A stretch of 64,000 bases of DNA from Desulfatiglandales bacterium. GTDB taxonomy: Bacteria; Desulfobacterota; DSM-4660; Desulfatiglandales; Desulfatiglandaceae. Below, in pieces: positions 40,423-50,980 of the stretch (positions are counted from its first letter, which is position 1; each line of letters begins with the position of its first letter). The position numbers and the translations under genes were made by a program. A model generated the notes under the pieces. The model searched no databases. It was not told the DNA's origin and was given only the letters and a program-made list of their open reading frames with translations. The stretch covers positions 416,001-480,000 of the forward strand of contig OY762721.1 in assembly GCA_963666345.1 (NCBI GenBank). Reading direction: 5' to 3'.

Positions 40423-42042
40423 CTACCTGACAAGCTCGGCCGCAACCGAATCCATGTCTCTACTTCGCTTTTTAACTGCAAGACCCAGGTCAATTGATTT
40501 GAGTACCGGCTCGATTTCGGCCAGTTCCTTATCAAAACCTCGGGCAATCCTGCTACCGTTAATATAGGCCTTTTCAGCGACATCACCAGCGAAAATTCTT
40601 GCAACGGCATTCATGTATTCCGAAGTACTTCCCTGGCTTTCATCATAATGGGCCGCCTTTTTACACATTGCGCCCCCTACCTCGCACCAGGTCATGATAT
40701 CCGCAAGAAGGAACATAAGATGCTGCGATTTTGTAAGCTTATTTTTTCTTGCCTCCAGGATCATCCGGTTGAGAGCCCTGACAGATTTAGCCAAGACGGG
40801 CCCACCGCATTCATCAGGAAGCTCATCAAGACCCTTTGCCATCTCCTCGTAATAGGCACCTTTTGAGCGAACCGTGTCTCTCATTCGGAACATGGAGATT
40901 ATATTCTGCTGAATCTCGCTTGTCCCCTCATATATGGTAAGGATCTTGACATCTCTTTTGATCTTTTCCACCTCATACTCACGCGTATATCCATATCCCC
41001 CAAAGGCCTGAATACCGTCATTGGCAGCGGCATCCCCCGCCTCGGTGGCGAAATACTTTGCGATTGATCCCTCGACCTGCAGATCATCATCAACCGTGTC
41101 AAGACGCTTAGCTACCATCTCGATATACGCACGCGCCGCCGCAAGGCTGACCGCATGAGGAACCAGAAGCTTATGCGTGTACCCCTGTTTTTCACATAGA
41201 AGCGTTCCGAACTGGGTCCTTTCCTTTGAATATTTAACGGCCCTCTCCAGAGCCGCCACTCCTCCTCCCAGACCGAAGGTTGCGACCATCAATCTTGTAT
41301 AGCCGAACACCTTGTTGGCCTGTTTCAGACCCTGCCCTTCTATGCCTCCAACCAGATTCTCAGCCGGAACATAGAGATCCTCAAGCGTCAGTGCGCAGGT
41401 GTCCGAGGCCCTTATTCCATGCTTATCCTCATGCCTTTCAGGCACAAGCCCTTCAGATCCGCCTTCGACTATAAAAAAGGAGGGGCCCGACGGGGTATCG
41501 GCAAGTATTGTATAAAGATCCGCTACTCCGCCGTTTGTGATAAACTGTTTCCTTCCGTTTATCTTATAACCGGTTACTGAACCGTCATCACCCAGCACCC
41601 TGTCCGCCTTTGTCTTCAGGGACTGCACATTTGAACCCGCATCCGGTTCGGTAACCGCATAGGCCACGACAAGGCCCTCTCCTGCTATTTTACCGATATA
41701 TTTCTCTTTTTGGACATCCGTGGCACCCACCCTTATCGGATCCATACCTAGGCATATTGCGAGAAAAGAGGTGGCAACCGCAAGATCGATCTTTGCCATT
41801 TCCTCACTTACTATAGCGATTTCAGCAGCTCCCGCACCCAGGCCGCCATATTCTTCAGGAATAAATATCAGGTGAAGTGCAATCTCCGGCCCGAGCATAA
41901 ATCTTATCAGTTCATGGGGAAATACCCCTTTTGAGTCCATGTCCAGCTTTGTCTCAAGTGGGATTCTTTCCTTTTCCAGCTTTTTCAATGTGTCAAGGAC
42001 CATTGAAAAGACTTCCTGATCCATTTTTCCAGTTTGAACCAT
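40423..42042 (-). CDS. Acyl-CoA dehydrogenase with C-terminal extension
   Basis: TEPDAGS, INGRKQFITNG, GGYGY, IYEGTSEIQ; AAGGAGG RBS before ATG 42042. Confidence 0.93.
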   Translation of the reverse strand: MVQTGKMDQEVFSMVLDTLKKLEKERIPLETKLDMDSKGVFPHELIRFMLGPEIALHLIFIPEEYGGLGAGAAEIAIVSEEMAKIDLAVATSFLAICLGMDPIRVGATDVQKEKYIGKIAGEGLVVAYAVTEPDAGSNVQSLKTKADRVLGDDGSVTGYKINGRKQFITNGGVADLYTILADTPSGPSFFIVEGGSEGLVPERHEDKHGIRASDTCALTLEDLYVPAENLVGGIEGQGLKQANKVFGYTRLMVATFGLGGGVAALERAVKYSKERTQFGTLLCEKQGYTHKLLVPHAVSLAAARAYIEMVAKRLDTVDDDLQVEGSIAKYFATEAGDAAANDGIQAFGGYGYTREYEVEKIKRDVKILTIYEGTSEIQQNIISMFRMRDTVRSKGAYYEEMAKGLDELPDECGGPVLAKSVRALNRMILEARKNKLTKSQHLMFLLADIMTWCEVGGAMCKKAAHYDESQGSTSEYMNAVARIFAGDVAEKAYINGSRIARGFDKELAEIEPVLKSIDLGLAVKKRSRDMDSVAAELVR

Positions 42043-42683
42043 TAAAATAACCCTCCTTAGTAAGGTTAACCTCTTCGGCCTCAGCCGGAGAGGTTGTCCG
42101 TAAATGTCAATAGATTGTCCGGAATAGTTATCCAATTTTTCGCTCTCTTGTCAACCTGGAAGATGAATCACCTGCGCATTCCTATCTATTGATGTCAACC
42201 CACAAGCGCATATGTGCGGGTTCATTCCGCAGACCTTATCTCACAGAAAGATACCACAGGAGATACAAGTAGCCGGATGAAAAAGCGCCGGGGCCGGGGC
42301 GTAATATCTAAAAAAGGACGGGAAAGACCTCTGTCCGTTTTTTTTGCTCCGCTTAGCTCCGCCGACAAAATGCCCCTTTGGGTTGAAAGACAATCAAAGA
42401 TAGTATACCTTCAAATATCTGTGATTTTGATTAATCTCGATCAGGTTCGATATGACACCAAAGCTTAGGACGTGTAAAATGAGCTAAAATGCCTGAACCG
42501 AATGAGCCCTGACGCTTTAAAAACAACGAAGCCAGCCCCGTAATTTAAGGCACTTTTTCAATTGTGGTTCATTATAGGCATTTAACCCTATTCATTCAGA
42601 AAGAGCCGGTTTTTTAACTTGGCTCAGAGCACCCGGTTTTCTTTAATGGAATAAAACGGACATCTTCGAAAGGCTCCGAAATT

Positions 42684-43697
42684 ATGCTCAAAAACGGACT
42701 TGTTCAGATTTACAGGGGTGAATCGGATCATACCTGCTATATACCTCACGGTCTATGTCTAAGGGCGGCAGGTAGAGGGTTGAGATGTCTCATTGTCAAC
42801 CTGGCTCCCTTCAGGCTTATTAACGGGACACTTGAGGCGTCGGAAAAACTAAAACCCTATTTTGAGGTCGATAACACTGCGGCCCGGGCTGTAAAGAAAA
42901 ATCAAGGACCGGCAGATAATTGCATAACGGCAGCCATTGAAAGGGCCGGTAAAAGCCTACTCACAGGCAGATTTGATCTGGTAGTGTTATGCGGCATCCT
43001 CGATTTTCCAGACAACGGTTTGATAAATAGCGGGAATTTATTATCGCTTATCCGGAAAAAGCCGGATCACACCGAATTCATCCTCACCGGGAGACACCCT
43101 TCTCAAGACATATGTTCGGCTGCAGACCTGGTAAGCGACGTTATTTCCAAATCATGGCCCGGCACAAACAGGGGATACGGGCCTTCAATCGAGATCATAA
43201 CGGGAAACGGAAAGGGGAAAACCACCTATTGTCTTGGTAAATCCCTTCTTGCTTCATGCAGCGGGAAAAGATCAACAGTGCTGCAGTTCATTAAATCACC
43301 CGAGCAATATGGGGAGGTCATTGCCTCGAAAAATATCCCTTTAATGGAGATAACATCGATGGGGAAGGGATTTGTCTTTCCAGGGCCGGAGGAGACCCTG
43401 CAAAAACACCGGAAGGCTGCCGAGAGGGCTTGGAAATCAGCGCAAGAGCATCTGCTTTCAGGACACTATCAATTTATTGTCCTGGATGAAATCAATGTCG
43501 CCATGAGCCTTGGTTTGCTCGACCCGGCGGAGGTTATATCTTTTCTTGATAAGATACCTGAAGGAACCCGGCTGCTCCTCAGCGGAAGAAACGCCGGGCA
43601 GGATATCATAAACAAATCAGGCCTTTTTATCGAGGTGAGAGAAAAAAAGCATCCATTCAATAAAGGCATAGGTGCGAGAAAAGGGATCGAATACTGA
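42684..43697 (+). CDS. cobO: Corrinoid adenosyltransferase (CobO/BtuR type), tandem two-domain form
   Basis: C-terminal domain with TGNGKGKTT, QFIK, LDEI, KHPF..G..ARKGIEY; N-terminal domain is a degenerate copy. Confidence 0.8.
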   Translation: MLKNGLVQIYRGESDHTCYIPHGLCLRAAGRGLRCLIVNLAPFRLINGTLEASEKLKPYFEVDNTAARAVKKNQGPADNCITAAIERAGKSLLTGRFDLVVLCGILDFPDNGLINSGNLLSLIRKKPDHTEFILTGRHPSQDICSAADLVSDVISKSWPGTNRGYGPSIEIITGNGKGKTTYCLGKSLLASCSGKRSTVLQFIKSPEQYGEVIASKNIPLMEITSMGKGFVFPGPEETLQKHRKAAERAWKSAQEHLLSGHYQFIVLDEINVAMSLGLLDPAEVISFLDKIPEGTRLLLSGRNAGQDIINKSGLFIEVREKKHPFNKGIGARKGIEY

Positions 43698-43788
43698 TGA
43701 GATCGAATCATCTCAAGATCAGTTGAACCCAAACAGGGCCAACCAGGATGCCCTTCCTTAATTGAGCAGGTTTGAGCAAGAAGATTTT

Positions 43789-44628
43789 CTACTTCCGGAT
43801 CTCATACTGGCGGTTCTGGTGATAGGCGTTTCGTAGAGACACATAAGGATCAAAGGCCGCCTCTTTTAGCGCCTCATACTCTCCAATCCTGAAGGAAGTG
43901 CTGTTGACGGTCTTTACCCCCCTTGCAGCCAGGTTGTATTTTGTTGAGTCCAGGATATAGTTGAGTGGATTAAGAAAGGAGTCTCCAACCAAGCCAAGGG
44001 TGTCTCTTACGCTGGACGGTCCAAGCACCGGCCAGTTTATAAAAAACCCCGGCCCCGCGCCGTAGACCCCCAGTGTTTGCCCAAGATCCTCTTCATAAAT
44101 TTCAAATTTCAAGGCCTTGCCTGCAGGATCTCCAAGCCCCCCAACGCCCGCGGTTGAGTTGATAAAGAACCTGGCCAGTTCATTGCCGAAACGCCTCGGT
44201 TTTCCCTGCAAAAGACAGTTGACCGCCCGAACCGGCATCAAGATATTAACGAAAAAATTTTTCACACCTTTTCTAAGCGGTTCCGGAACCACCCATTTAT
44301 ATCCTCTGGAAATCGGTTTCAGGACCCAGAAATAAAGCCTGTCATTAAACTCAAAAAATGCCCTGTTTAAAGGTTCCAAGGGATCATAAATCTCATTCCG
44401 CGCAATAATTTCTCCCTGACCGGCAGGATTCTGATCCGTTTCGGTTGCACTGCACAAAAGCAAAGGGTCCTCATTTTTATTCTGCAAACCTGCCGAATTC
44501 ACACCGTCCTCTGCAATGCAAATCGAGCCTTCAACCATAAAAAAGGCCGCACAAAATAGAAAAAAAACCCCAAAAAAAATATCCTTGCTGATTTTAAATG
44601 GAGCCGCAACACCTTTTCTATTATTCAC
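43789..44628 (-). CDS. mlaA: MlaA/VacJ family protein
   Basis: DPLEPLNR.FF.FND, RFFINST.G.GG, EDLGQTLG, GPSSVRD; start uncertain. Confidence 0.93.
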   Translation of the reverse strand: MNNRKGVAAPFKISKDIFFGVFFLFCAAFFMVEGSICIAEDGVNSAGLQNKNEDPLLLCSATETDQNPAGQGEIIARNEIYDPLEPLNRAFFEFNDRLYFWVLKPISRGYKWVVPEPLRKGVKNFFVNILMPVRAVNCLLQGKPRRFGNELARFFINSTAGVGGLGDPAGKALKFEIYEEDLGQTLGVYGAGPGFFINWPVLGPSSVRDTLGLVGDSFLNPLNYILDSTKYNLAARGVKTVNSTSFRIGEYEALKEAAFDPYVSLRNAYHQNRQYEIRK

Positions 44629-44644
44629 CTTGTTGTCTCCTCTC

Positions 44645-45247
44645 CTAACCCTTTTCAACCTTTTCCCTCAACATTTCAACCAGTTTTTCATATGATTTTC
44701 TCATTATTATGCTGTTAAACTGGGTCCGATAATTATTTATAAGGCTCACGCCCTCTATGGAGATGTCGTAGACATGCCAGTTGGTGCCCTTTTTCTTCAA
44801 CTTGTATATTAAAGGTATCTCAACCTTATCTTTGCTTAAGATCTTTACATCCACACTTGCATAATCGTCATCAACATTCTCAGACCCATAGGAAATTTTC
44901 TCTCCTGAGTAGGACAGGACCCTGTCAAGATATGTCTTTTCCAGAAATTTTTCGAAGAGTTCGGTGAATTCCTTCTTTTCATGATCCTTCCTTTTTGACC
45001 AATGCCGCGCCAGTGTCCTTTTGGCCATTTCCTCTCCGTCAAAACGCTCATCCACGGAATTTCTTATGCGCATGACCTTTTCTTCTTTCTTTTCATCGCC
45101 TTGAAGGGATGGATCCGTAATAATGTCGATTATCTTCTCTGTTATCCTTTTTATTTCCTCTGTAGGTTCACCGGCAAAAGAGACGGAAGAGGCAAAAGAA
45201 AAAACCAGCAAAATCAAAAAGGCCCTGGAAAAAAAGCGCATCTGCAT
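44645..45247 (-). CDS. mlaC: Phospholipid-binding protein MlaC (Ttg2D)
   Basis: Signal peptide, W.VYD..IEGVSL..NYR.QF. Confidence 0.93.
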   Translation of the reverse strand: MQMRFFSRAFLILLVFSFASSVSFAGEPTEEIKRITEKIIDIITDPSLQGDEKKEEKVMRIRNSVDERFDGEEMAKRTLARHWSKRKDHEKKEFTELFEKFLEKTYLDRVLSYSGEKISYGSENVDDDYASVDVKILSKDKVEIPLIYKLKKKGTNWHVYDISIEGVSLINNYRTQFNSIIMRKSYEKLVEMLREKVEKG

Positions 45248-45269
45248 GAATCCTCCCACAAATTTTCCG

Positions 45270-45710
45270 TTAAAGTTTTCCAAAAACATAATTTGATATC
45301 AACTGTTCTATATCAACGGCAGGCTGAGTCTCCCTTATTCGTTCCCCCGGCTCAAGGATCTTCTCTGATCCGCCCGGTGTGAGATCGAGGTATTTTTCAC
45401 CGATCAGCCCCTTTGTCTTTATGGAGGCTATGGCGTCCTCCTGGACCTTCAGATCCTTTGGAAGGTCCAGATAGGTAACCGCCTGATAATCGTCAAGGAC
45501 TACCCGCTTCACCCTTCCCACCTCTACTCCGGCGACAACCACTGCCGCACCGGTCTTAAGGCCGCCGCTGTTGGAAAAAACAGCCTTGAGTTCATACCCT
45601 TCCTTTCCAAATACTTCCATCTTCCCCATCTTTATGGAAAGATATCCCAAGCATAATATGCCTGCCAGCATAAATATCCCCACAGCCAGTTCAAGATCGA
45701 ACCTTTTCAT
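45270..45710 (-). CDS. mlaD: MCE-domain protein MlaD
   Basis: GGL..G..V..AGV.VG.V, T.GLIGEKY. Confidence 0.95.
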   Translation of the reverse strand: MKRFDLELAVGIFMLAGILCLGYLSIKMGKMEVFGKEGYELKAVFSNSGGLKTGAAVVVAGVEVGRVKRVVLDDYQAVTYLDLPKDLKVQEDAIASIKTKGLIGEKYLDLTPGGSEKILEPGERIRETQPAVDIEQLISNYVFGKL

Positions 45711-46469
45711 CTATTCCCCCTGACGTGCTTCAGATACTGCGACATCGCTTTCTCTGCCCATAAATGAAAGCACATATGGATCGTCAGATTTATCAAAATC
45801 TCCGGGCCTCCCCTCTGCCCACAGAACACCATCCTTAATCATTGCGACCCTGTCCACGATATCAAATACCCTTTGGATCTCATGGGTGACTATTATGCCT
45901 GTGAAGGAAAGCCTCTTGTGACAGGAATCAATAAGCTTCAATATACTGTTACCGATTACGGGATCAAGGCCGGTGGTAGGCTCATCAAAAAGCATTATTT
46001 CAGGCTCCATGACCAGTGCCCTTGCAATAGCTGCCCTCTTTAACATCCCTCCGCTTACCTGAGAGGGGTATTTGAGCTCCGAACCTTCAAGCCCCACATT
46101 TTTGAGCTCTTTAAAGACCCTTTCGTTTATAAGGCTGCCGCTCAAACGCGTTTTTTCCTTCAAAGGAAAGGCGACATTTTCAAAAACCGTCATGGAATCA
46201 AAAAGCGCACCACCCTGAAACAGGAACCCAAGCCTGCTTCTCAGATCATAGAGCCCCTTACCCTTCAAGGTACGCATATCTTTCCCGTCGACTATTATAC
46301 GGCCCTTTTCAGGCTGCATAAGGCCGGCGACATGCTTAAGCAGGACGCTTTTACCGCTGCCGCTTCCACCTATAAGGGCTATTATTTCCCCCTTTTTTAT
46401 TTCAAGAGAAATCCCCTTGAGCACCCTGTTTCCGTCAAAGGATTTTTGAATGTCTTCAATACTTATCAT
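45711..46469 (-). CDS. mlaF: ABC ATPase MlaF
   Basis: GGSGSGKS, FQGGALFDS, SGGM.KR, DEPTTGLDP. Confidence 0.95.
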   Translation of the reverse strand: MISIEDIQKSFDGNRVLKGISLEIKKGEIIALIGGSGSGKSVLLKHVAGLMQPEKGRIIVDGKDMRTLKGKGLYDLRSRLGFLFQGGALFDSMTVFENVAFPLKEKTRLSGSLINERVFKELKNVGLEGSELKYPSQVSGGMLKRAAIARALVMEPEIMLFDEPTTGLDPVIGNSILKLIDSCHKRLSFTGIIVTHEIQRVFDIVDRVAMIKDGVLWAEGRPGDFDKSDDPYVLSFMGRESDVAVSEARQGE

Positions 46470-46477
46470 CTCAGTGC

Positions 46478-47257
46478 TCAAAAAAGGATAGAGGTCATTA
46501 CATAATCCCATACGAGGATCAGCACCGAAGACATTACAACCGCCTCGGTGGTTGCCCGGCTTACCCCTTCCGCTCCAAAGCCGGTATATATGCCGGTAAA
46601 AAAACCTTTAAAACAGCAGACCCAAGTAATGATTATACCAAAAGAAAAAGACTTGTATATCCCTTCGAGGATATCCTGCATCTCCACATAATTCGCCATC
46701 TCGCCGAAATAGGTGCCCGCCCCTACACCCAGCAGTTTTCCTCCGATCAGATAGCCGCCGAAGATACCGAGCACATCGAAGATTGCCGTAAGAAGAGGAA
46801 GCGAGATCATAGCTGCCAGCAGATTTGGAACCATCAGGTATCTGTAGGGATTAAGACCCATAAGCTCCATGGCATCAATCTGCTCGCTGATGCGCATTAT
46901 TCCGATTTCGGCGGTAATTGCGGAACCTGCCCTTCCTGTAACCATAAGAGCTGAGATTACCGGACCAAGCTCCTTTATGAGGGAAAGTCCGACCATGGGT
47001 CCGAGAAAGGCATCAGAGCCGAACCGGCTCAGGCTGTAAAAACCTTGAAACCCTAAGACCATACCGGAAAATCCGCCCGTCAGCACTATCACTATGATGG
47101 ACTGAAAGCCTATGAAGCGAATCTGCTTGAGCACCCTGGACAATTTCAATGGAGGGATGATCAAATAAAAAAAGGACTTAAACAAAAACAGCCCCATCCC
47201 TCCCATTCTACGCATATGTTTAAGCGTCCATACGCCCAGCATTCGAATTATTTTCAT
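46478..47257 (-). CDS. mlaE: ABC permease MlaE
   Basis: ELGPV, GRAGSA..AEIG.M..SEQIDA, GAEGVSRATT. Confidence 0.95.
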   Translation of the reverse strand: MKIIRMLGVWTLKHMRRMGGMGLFLFKSFFYLIIPPLKLSRVLKQIRFIGFQSIIVIVLTGGFSGMVLGFQGFYSLSRFGSDAFLGPMVGLSLIKELGPVISALMVTGRAGSAITAEIGIMRISEQIDAMELMGLNPYRYLMVPNLLAAMISLPLLTAIFDVLGIFGGYLIGGKLLGVGAGTYFGEMANYVEMQDILEGIYKSFSFGIIITWVCCFKGFFTGIYTGFGAEGVSRATTEAVVMSSVLILVWDYVMTSILF

Positions 47258-47455
47258 GAATTGAAGTCTTGCAGAACTTAGTAGATATGTCAAAAAAATT
47301 TTATACCGGCTCTTCTAGGCAGAGGTTACTATAGCACTGCTTTTTAGGACAAAAAGAGCGGATTTAATTCCATCTGATCATATCTTGAAATGGTTTAGCC
47401 CGGCATGGCCGATACTTCTCTTATTGATGCGCCTTGGGCCCATAAATGCGGACAG

Positions 47456-47476
47456 GCGGGGGTAAATCCCCCGCCA
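47456..47476 (-). terminator. GC-rich hairpin after the hsp20 pair
   Basis: GGCGGGGG-TAAAT-CCCCCGCC immediately after the stop codon. Confidence 0.5.
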
Positions 47477-47481
47477 TTTGC

Positions 47482-47889
47482 TCAGCCGCCCCTTACTATG
47501 ATTTTTCTCGGCTTGGCAGCTTCCGCCTTCGGCAGTATGACCTTTAACACCCCGCTTGCTATAGTAGCATCGATCTTTTCCCGGTCAATTACGCTTGGCA
47601 GAGTGAACCTCCTGAAATAATCCCCTGTCTTGTATTCGATATATATGGGAGACAAAACACTCTCATCTTTTTTGACTTGGCCCTGAATGCTCAGCTCGTT
47701 ATCGTCAAGATGAATGTCTATCCCGTCTTTTTCAACCCCAGGCATGTCCGCTACCATAACCAGTGCATCTTCATCTTCATATATGTCAACCGGAGGAACA
47801 AATACCGGGCCGGCCTTGGTCATTTCCGACTTACCTTCTATTTCCTGCTTGTCTTTTATCCGTATCTGTTTATTTTCCACTTTTCTCAC
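47482..47889 (-). CDS. Hsp20/alpha-crystallin small heat shock protein
   Basis: PPVDIYE, ADMPGV, F.R.F.LP, GVL.V.LPK. Confidence 0.95.
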   Translation of the reverse strand: MRKVENKQIRIKDKQEIEGKSEMTKAGPVFVPPVDIYEDEDALVMVADMPGVEKDGIDIHLDDNELSIQGQVKKDESVLSPIYIEYKTGDYFRRFTLPSVIDREKIDATIASGVLKVILPKAEAAKPRKIIVRGG

Positions 47890-47893
47890 CCCC

Positions 47894-48349
47894 TTATTGA
47901 ACCTTTATTTCGATTTTTTTGGCTTTTACTTCCTCAGCCTTGGGTAGAATCAGTGTCAAGATACCGTTTTTTATCTCTGCCTTTACGTTTTCAGAGGATA
48001 TCCGGGTAGCAAGAGGGAAAGTCCTGTTAAAGGCGCCCTGTTCTCTTTCTCTGCGATGATAGCTGACATTTTCCTGTTCAGTCTCAAAAAATCGCTCTCC
48101 CTTGAGTGTCACTGAGTCCTCTTTCACAATGACCTCCAGATCTTTCGGCTCCATGCCCGGCAATTCAGCGCTGACATATATATTGTCGCTATCCTGAGCC
48201 ACATTTACGAGTGGAAATACCCCGGTTCCGCCTTGATCAGCCCTCCTCCCAAATACCCTGTCAAAGAGGGTGTTCATCTCATCCTGCAACTTGTTAAGTT
48301 CCCTGAATGCCTTGCTTTCAAAAGGATCTCTCCATCTTATGATCGCCAT
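47894..48349 (-). CDS. Hsp20/alpha-crystallin small heat shock protein
   Basis: AELPG, YHRRER..G.F.R, NGILTL.LPK. Confidence 0.95.
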   Translation of the reverse strand: MAIIRWRDPFESKAFRELNKLQDEMNTLFDRVFGRRADQGGTGVFPLVNVAQDSDNIYVSAELPGMEPKDLEVIVKEDSVTLKGERFFETEQENVSYHRREREQGAFNRTFPLATRISSENVKAEIKNGILTLILPKAEEVKAKKIEIKVQ

Positions 48350-48414
48350 TTTAATTCACCTCCCAAAATAGATCAGCAAGTTTTGCATTTTTTTGGCTTC
48401 ACAATAAAAATAAC

Positions 48415-48442
48415 ATTATGATATTATTGGTTTTTATGTCAA
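48415..48442 (-). promoter_or_regulatory. Putative sigma-70 promoter for the hsp20 pair
   Basis: Minus strand TTGACA-16 nt-CATAAT. Confidence 0.5.
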
Positions 48443-48744
48443 TAATATCCGGCCGCGGCTTATGTTTTATAAATAATTCTAATTGCAAAAATGTCAAGAC
48501 TTTCAATTTAGAAAAAGAAGCCCTCACGCTTCGCAGTGTATCATTAACGGTTTTTGTATTGACCCTATCTGCCGCCCGATTTCTTCCGGCAGGGTCGATT
48601 CTCAATAACGGATTCTCTTAAAAGACATTTGCAGTTGAAATTATTATGTTATTATAATATCAGAATCTGGTCGTCTTTGTTATAAAGAGCCTTTTCCGGT
48701 CTCAGTCAGACAGGCAGCCTCCATGTCATGAAACATGTTTTTCT

Positions 48745-50262
48745 ATGAAAGGATATTTTATGAAAATCGAGAATTTTCCACAGCATGTCCGCGACCATAT
48801 CATTCCCAAAATCTCAGGCCGGATGGTTTACCGTTGTCTAGGTTGCGACAGCGAATTCGATTCTGACCGACTCCTCTATACCTGTCCTGATTGCGGCAGC
48901 GTGCTCCTGCTTCAGAACAAAAATGAAGATGCTGTTATGGGACTTGGGGGTGAAAAGTGGCGCGACATATTCGACTATCGCAGGATGTTTAACAACAGGG
49001 CAGTCAAAGGCATCTTTAGGTATTACGAATTCATAGCGCCAATTCTTCCTCTCGACCGGATAATTTACCTGGGGGAAGGACACACTCCGCTTGTGGAAGC
49101 AAACAGCCGACTGAAAGAACTGGTGGGAATAGATTTCTTTTTCAAAAATGACGGGCTAAATCCCAGCGCTTCTTTCAAGGACAGGGGCATGGCCTGCGCG
49201 CTAAGCTACCTCAATTACATCGCCAAAAAAGAGAAGACTTCAGACATTCTTGCCATATGCGCCTCAACTGGTGACACATCCGCATCAGCGGCGCTGTATG
49301 CGTCTTATCTTGGCGATTTCATCAAATCGGCCGTTCTTCTGCCAAAAGGCAAGGTAACTCCACAGCAACTTTCACAACCCCTTGGAAGCGGCGCCAAGGT
49401 GCTTGAAATACCCGGCGTGTTTGATGACTCCATGAAGGTGGTGGAAAGTCTTTCAGAAAAATATAAGGTGGCACTGCTAAATTCCAAGAACAGCTGGAGA
49501 ATACTGGGGCAGGAATCTTTTTCTTACGAAATCGCACAGGACTTTGACTATGAAGTTGACGACAAGGCAGTGGTGCTGCCGATCGGAAACGCTGGTAACA
49601 TAACGGCGGTCATGAGTGGCTTTATAAAATTTTTCAGGGCCGGAGTCATCAAATCCCTCCCAAAAATCATAGGGGTGCAATCATCCCACGCTGATCCTGT
49701 TTACAGGTATTACCTGGAAAAAGACCCAAGTAAGAGAAAATTCGTCCCGGTGGGAGTGAGCCCAAGTGTCGCTCAGGCTGCAATGATAGGGAACCCGGTT
49801 TCTATGCCGCGGGTAATCAGACTTGCCGATGACTATAACCGGCTTGCAGGAATCAAAAAGGTATTTTTCTGTCAGGTCAGCGAACAGGAGATAATGGATT
49901 CGATGATCATGGCCAACAGAAACGGCAATATCGCATGCACCCAGGGGGGCGAATCGCTTGCAGGTCTCATAAAGGCGGTCGAAAACGGTTACGTGGACAA
50001 GGCAGAGATAGGCGTTGTAGATTCTACCGCTCATATTCTCAAGTTTTCCGTTTTTCAGGATATGTATTTTGAAAACAGTTTTGACCCTTCCTTTGAGGTA
50101 AAACCGAAGGCCCGGTTCACGAACAGACCTCTTGAGGTGAAACCGGTGAGCGTCACCAAGCTCCCGGCGCCCGGCCGCCCGCTTGGAAAGAAAGACATGG
50201 ATCGTTTCGTAACGGCCATGACCGAGGAAATAGCCGCTATCCTTGATCTAAAGCAGAAGTAA
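48745..50262 (+). CDS. thrC: Threonine synthase
   Basis: LGEG.TPL, NPS.SFKDRG (PLP lysine), CASTGDTS, P.GNAGN. Confidence 0.95.
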   Translation: MKGYFMKIENFPQHVRDHIIPKISGRMVYRCLGCDSEFDSDRLLYTCPDCGSVLLLQNKNEDAVMGLGGEKWRDIFDYRRMFNNRAVKGIFRYYEFIAPILPLDRIIYLGEGHTPLVEANSRLKELVGIDFFFKNDGLNPSASFKDRGMACALSYLNYIAKKEKTSDILAICASTGDTSASAALYASYLGDFIKSAVLLPKGKVTPQQLSQPLGSGAKVLEIPGVFDDSMKVVESLSEKYKVALLNSKNSWRILGQESFSYEIAQDFDYEVDDKAVVLPIGNAGNITAVMSGFIKFFRAGVIKSLPKIIGVQSSHADPVYRYYLEKDPSKRKFVPVGVSPSVAQAAMIGNPVSMPRVIRLADDYNRLAGIKKVFFCQVSEQEIMDSMIMANRNGNIACTQGGESLAGLIKAVENGYVDKAEIGVVDSTAHILKFSVFQDMYFENSFDPSFEVKPKARFTNRPLEVKPVSVTKLPAPGRPLGKKDMDRFVTAMTEEIAAILDLKQK

Positions 50263-50349
50263 AGGATTGCAGCCCGCAGCACCGGGCATTCCCGGCTCAA
50301 GGAACCAGGCCTTCTATAATGGGATAAAAGACTTACACCAAGGAATATT

Positions 50350-50823
50350 TTGATGCTCAGGATAAGACTTATAGTTGTCGGCAAGACAAAGGAACAATTC
50401 CTCAGAATAGGCGAATCCTTCTACATGGAGAGACTTAGAAGATATGCAACCACGGAATGGATCGAGGTCAAGGGTGCGAAAATCAGAAAAGGAGCCGCTA
50501 CCGATAAGGTGCTGGAAATTGAAGGCGACGCGATTGCCGACAGGATCTGTTCCCAGGATTACGTTATCGCCCTCGACCGCCTTGGAAAGGATTTTACGTC
50601 GGAACAACTGGCAGGCCATATCGATCAACTCACACTTGCAAACAGCATGATTACCTTTGTCATCGGAGGCCCTCTCGGTTTGTCAAAAGAGGTGCTGGGC
50701 AGGGCAAGACAGGTAGTTTCTCTTTCTAAAATGACGCTGACCCACGAGATGTGCAGATTAGTTCTGCTTGAGCAGTTATACAGGGCCTTCACAATAATCC
50801 ATGGAGAAAAATACCACAAATAG
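50350..50823 (+). CDS. rlmH: 23S rRNA m3Psi1915 methyltransferase
   Basis: FVIGG..G, SLS.MT..H, EQLYRA.TI..GEKYHK. Confidence 0.97.
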   Translation: MMLRIRLIVVGKTKEQFLRIGESFYMERLRRYATTEWIEVKGAKIRKGAATDKVLEIEGDAIADRICSQDYVIALDRLGKDFTSEQLAGHIDQLTLANSMITFVIGGPLGLSKEVLGRARQVVSLSKMTLTHEMCRLVLLEQLYRAFTIIHGEKYHK

Positions 50824-50980
50824 TGTCTGCACACCCGAACCAACCGTCTGATTCAGGTACAGGTGCGAAGATAAATTGATTTGAGGAAATTCCTGGTCAA
50901 GGTGTCAGGGGCAAGGCTGAGCGATCAAAGGCAGTCACGCTTAAGCGGGACTGATAATGTCTCGACGGTGGATCCAGGAT

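Noticed and set aside
47450..47480. Resemblance to the FMN riboswitch GGGCGGGGTGAAATTCCC motif
   Set aside because: Only a simple hairpin after hsp20; the other RFN elements are absent, and none was seen near the rib genes
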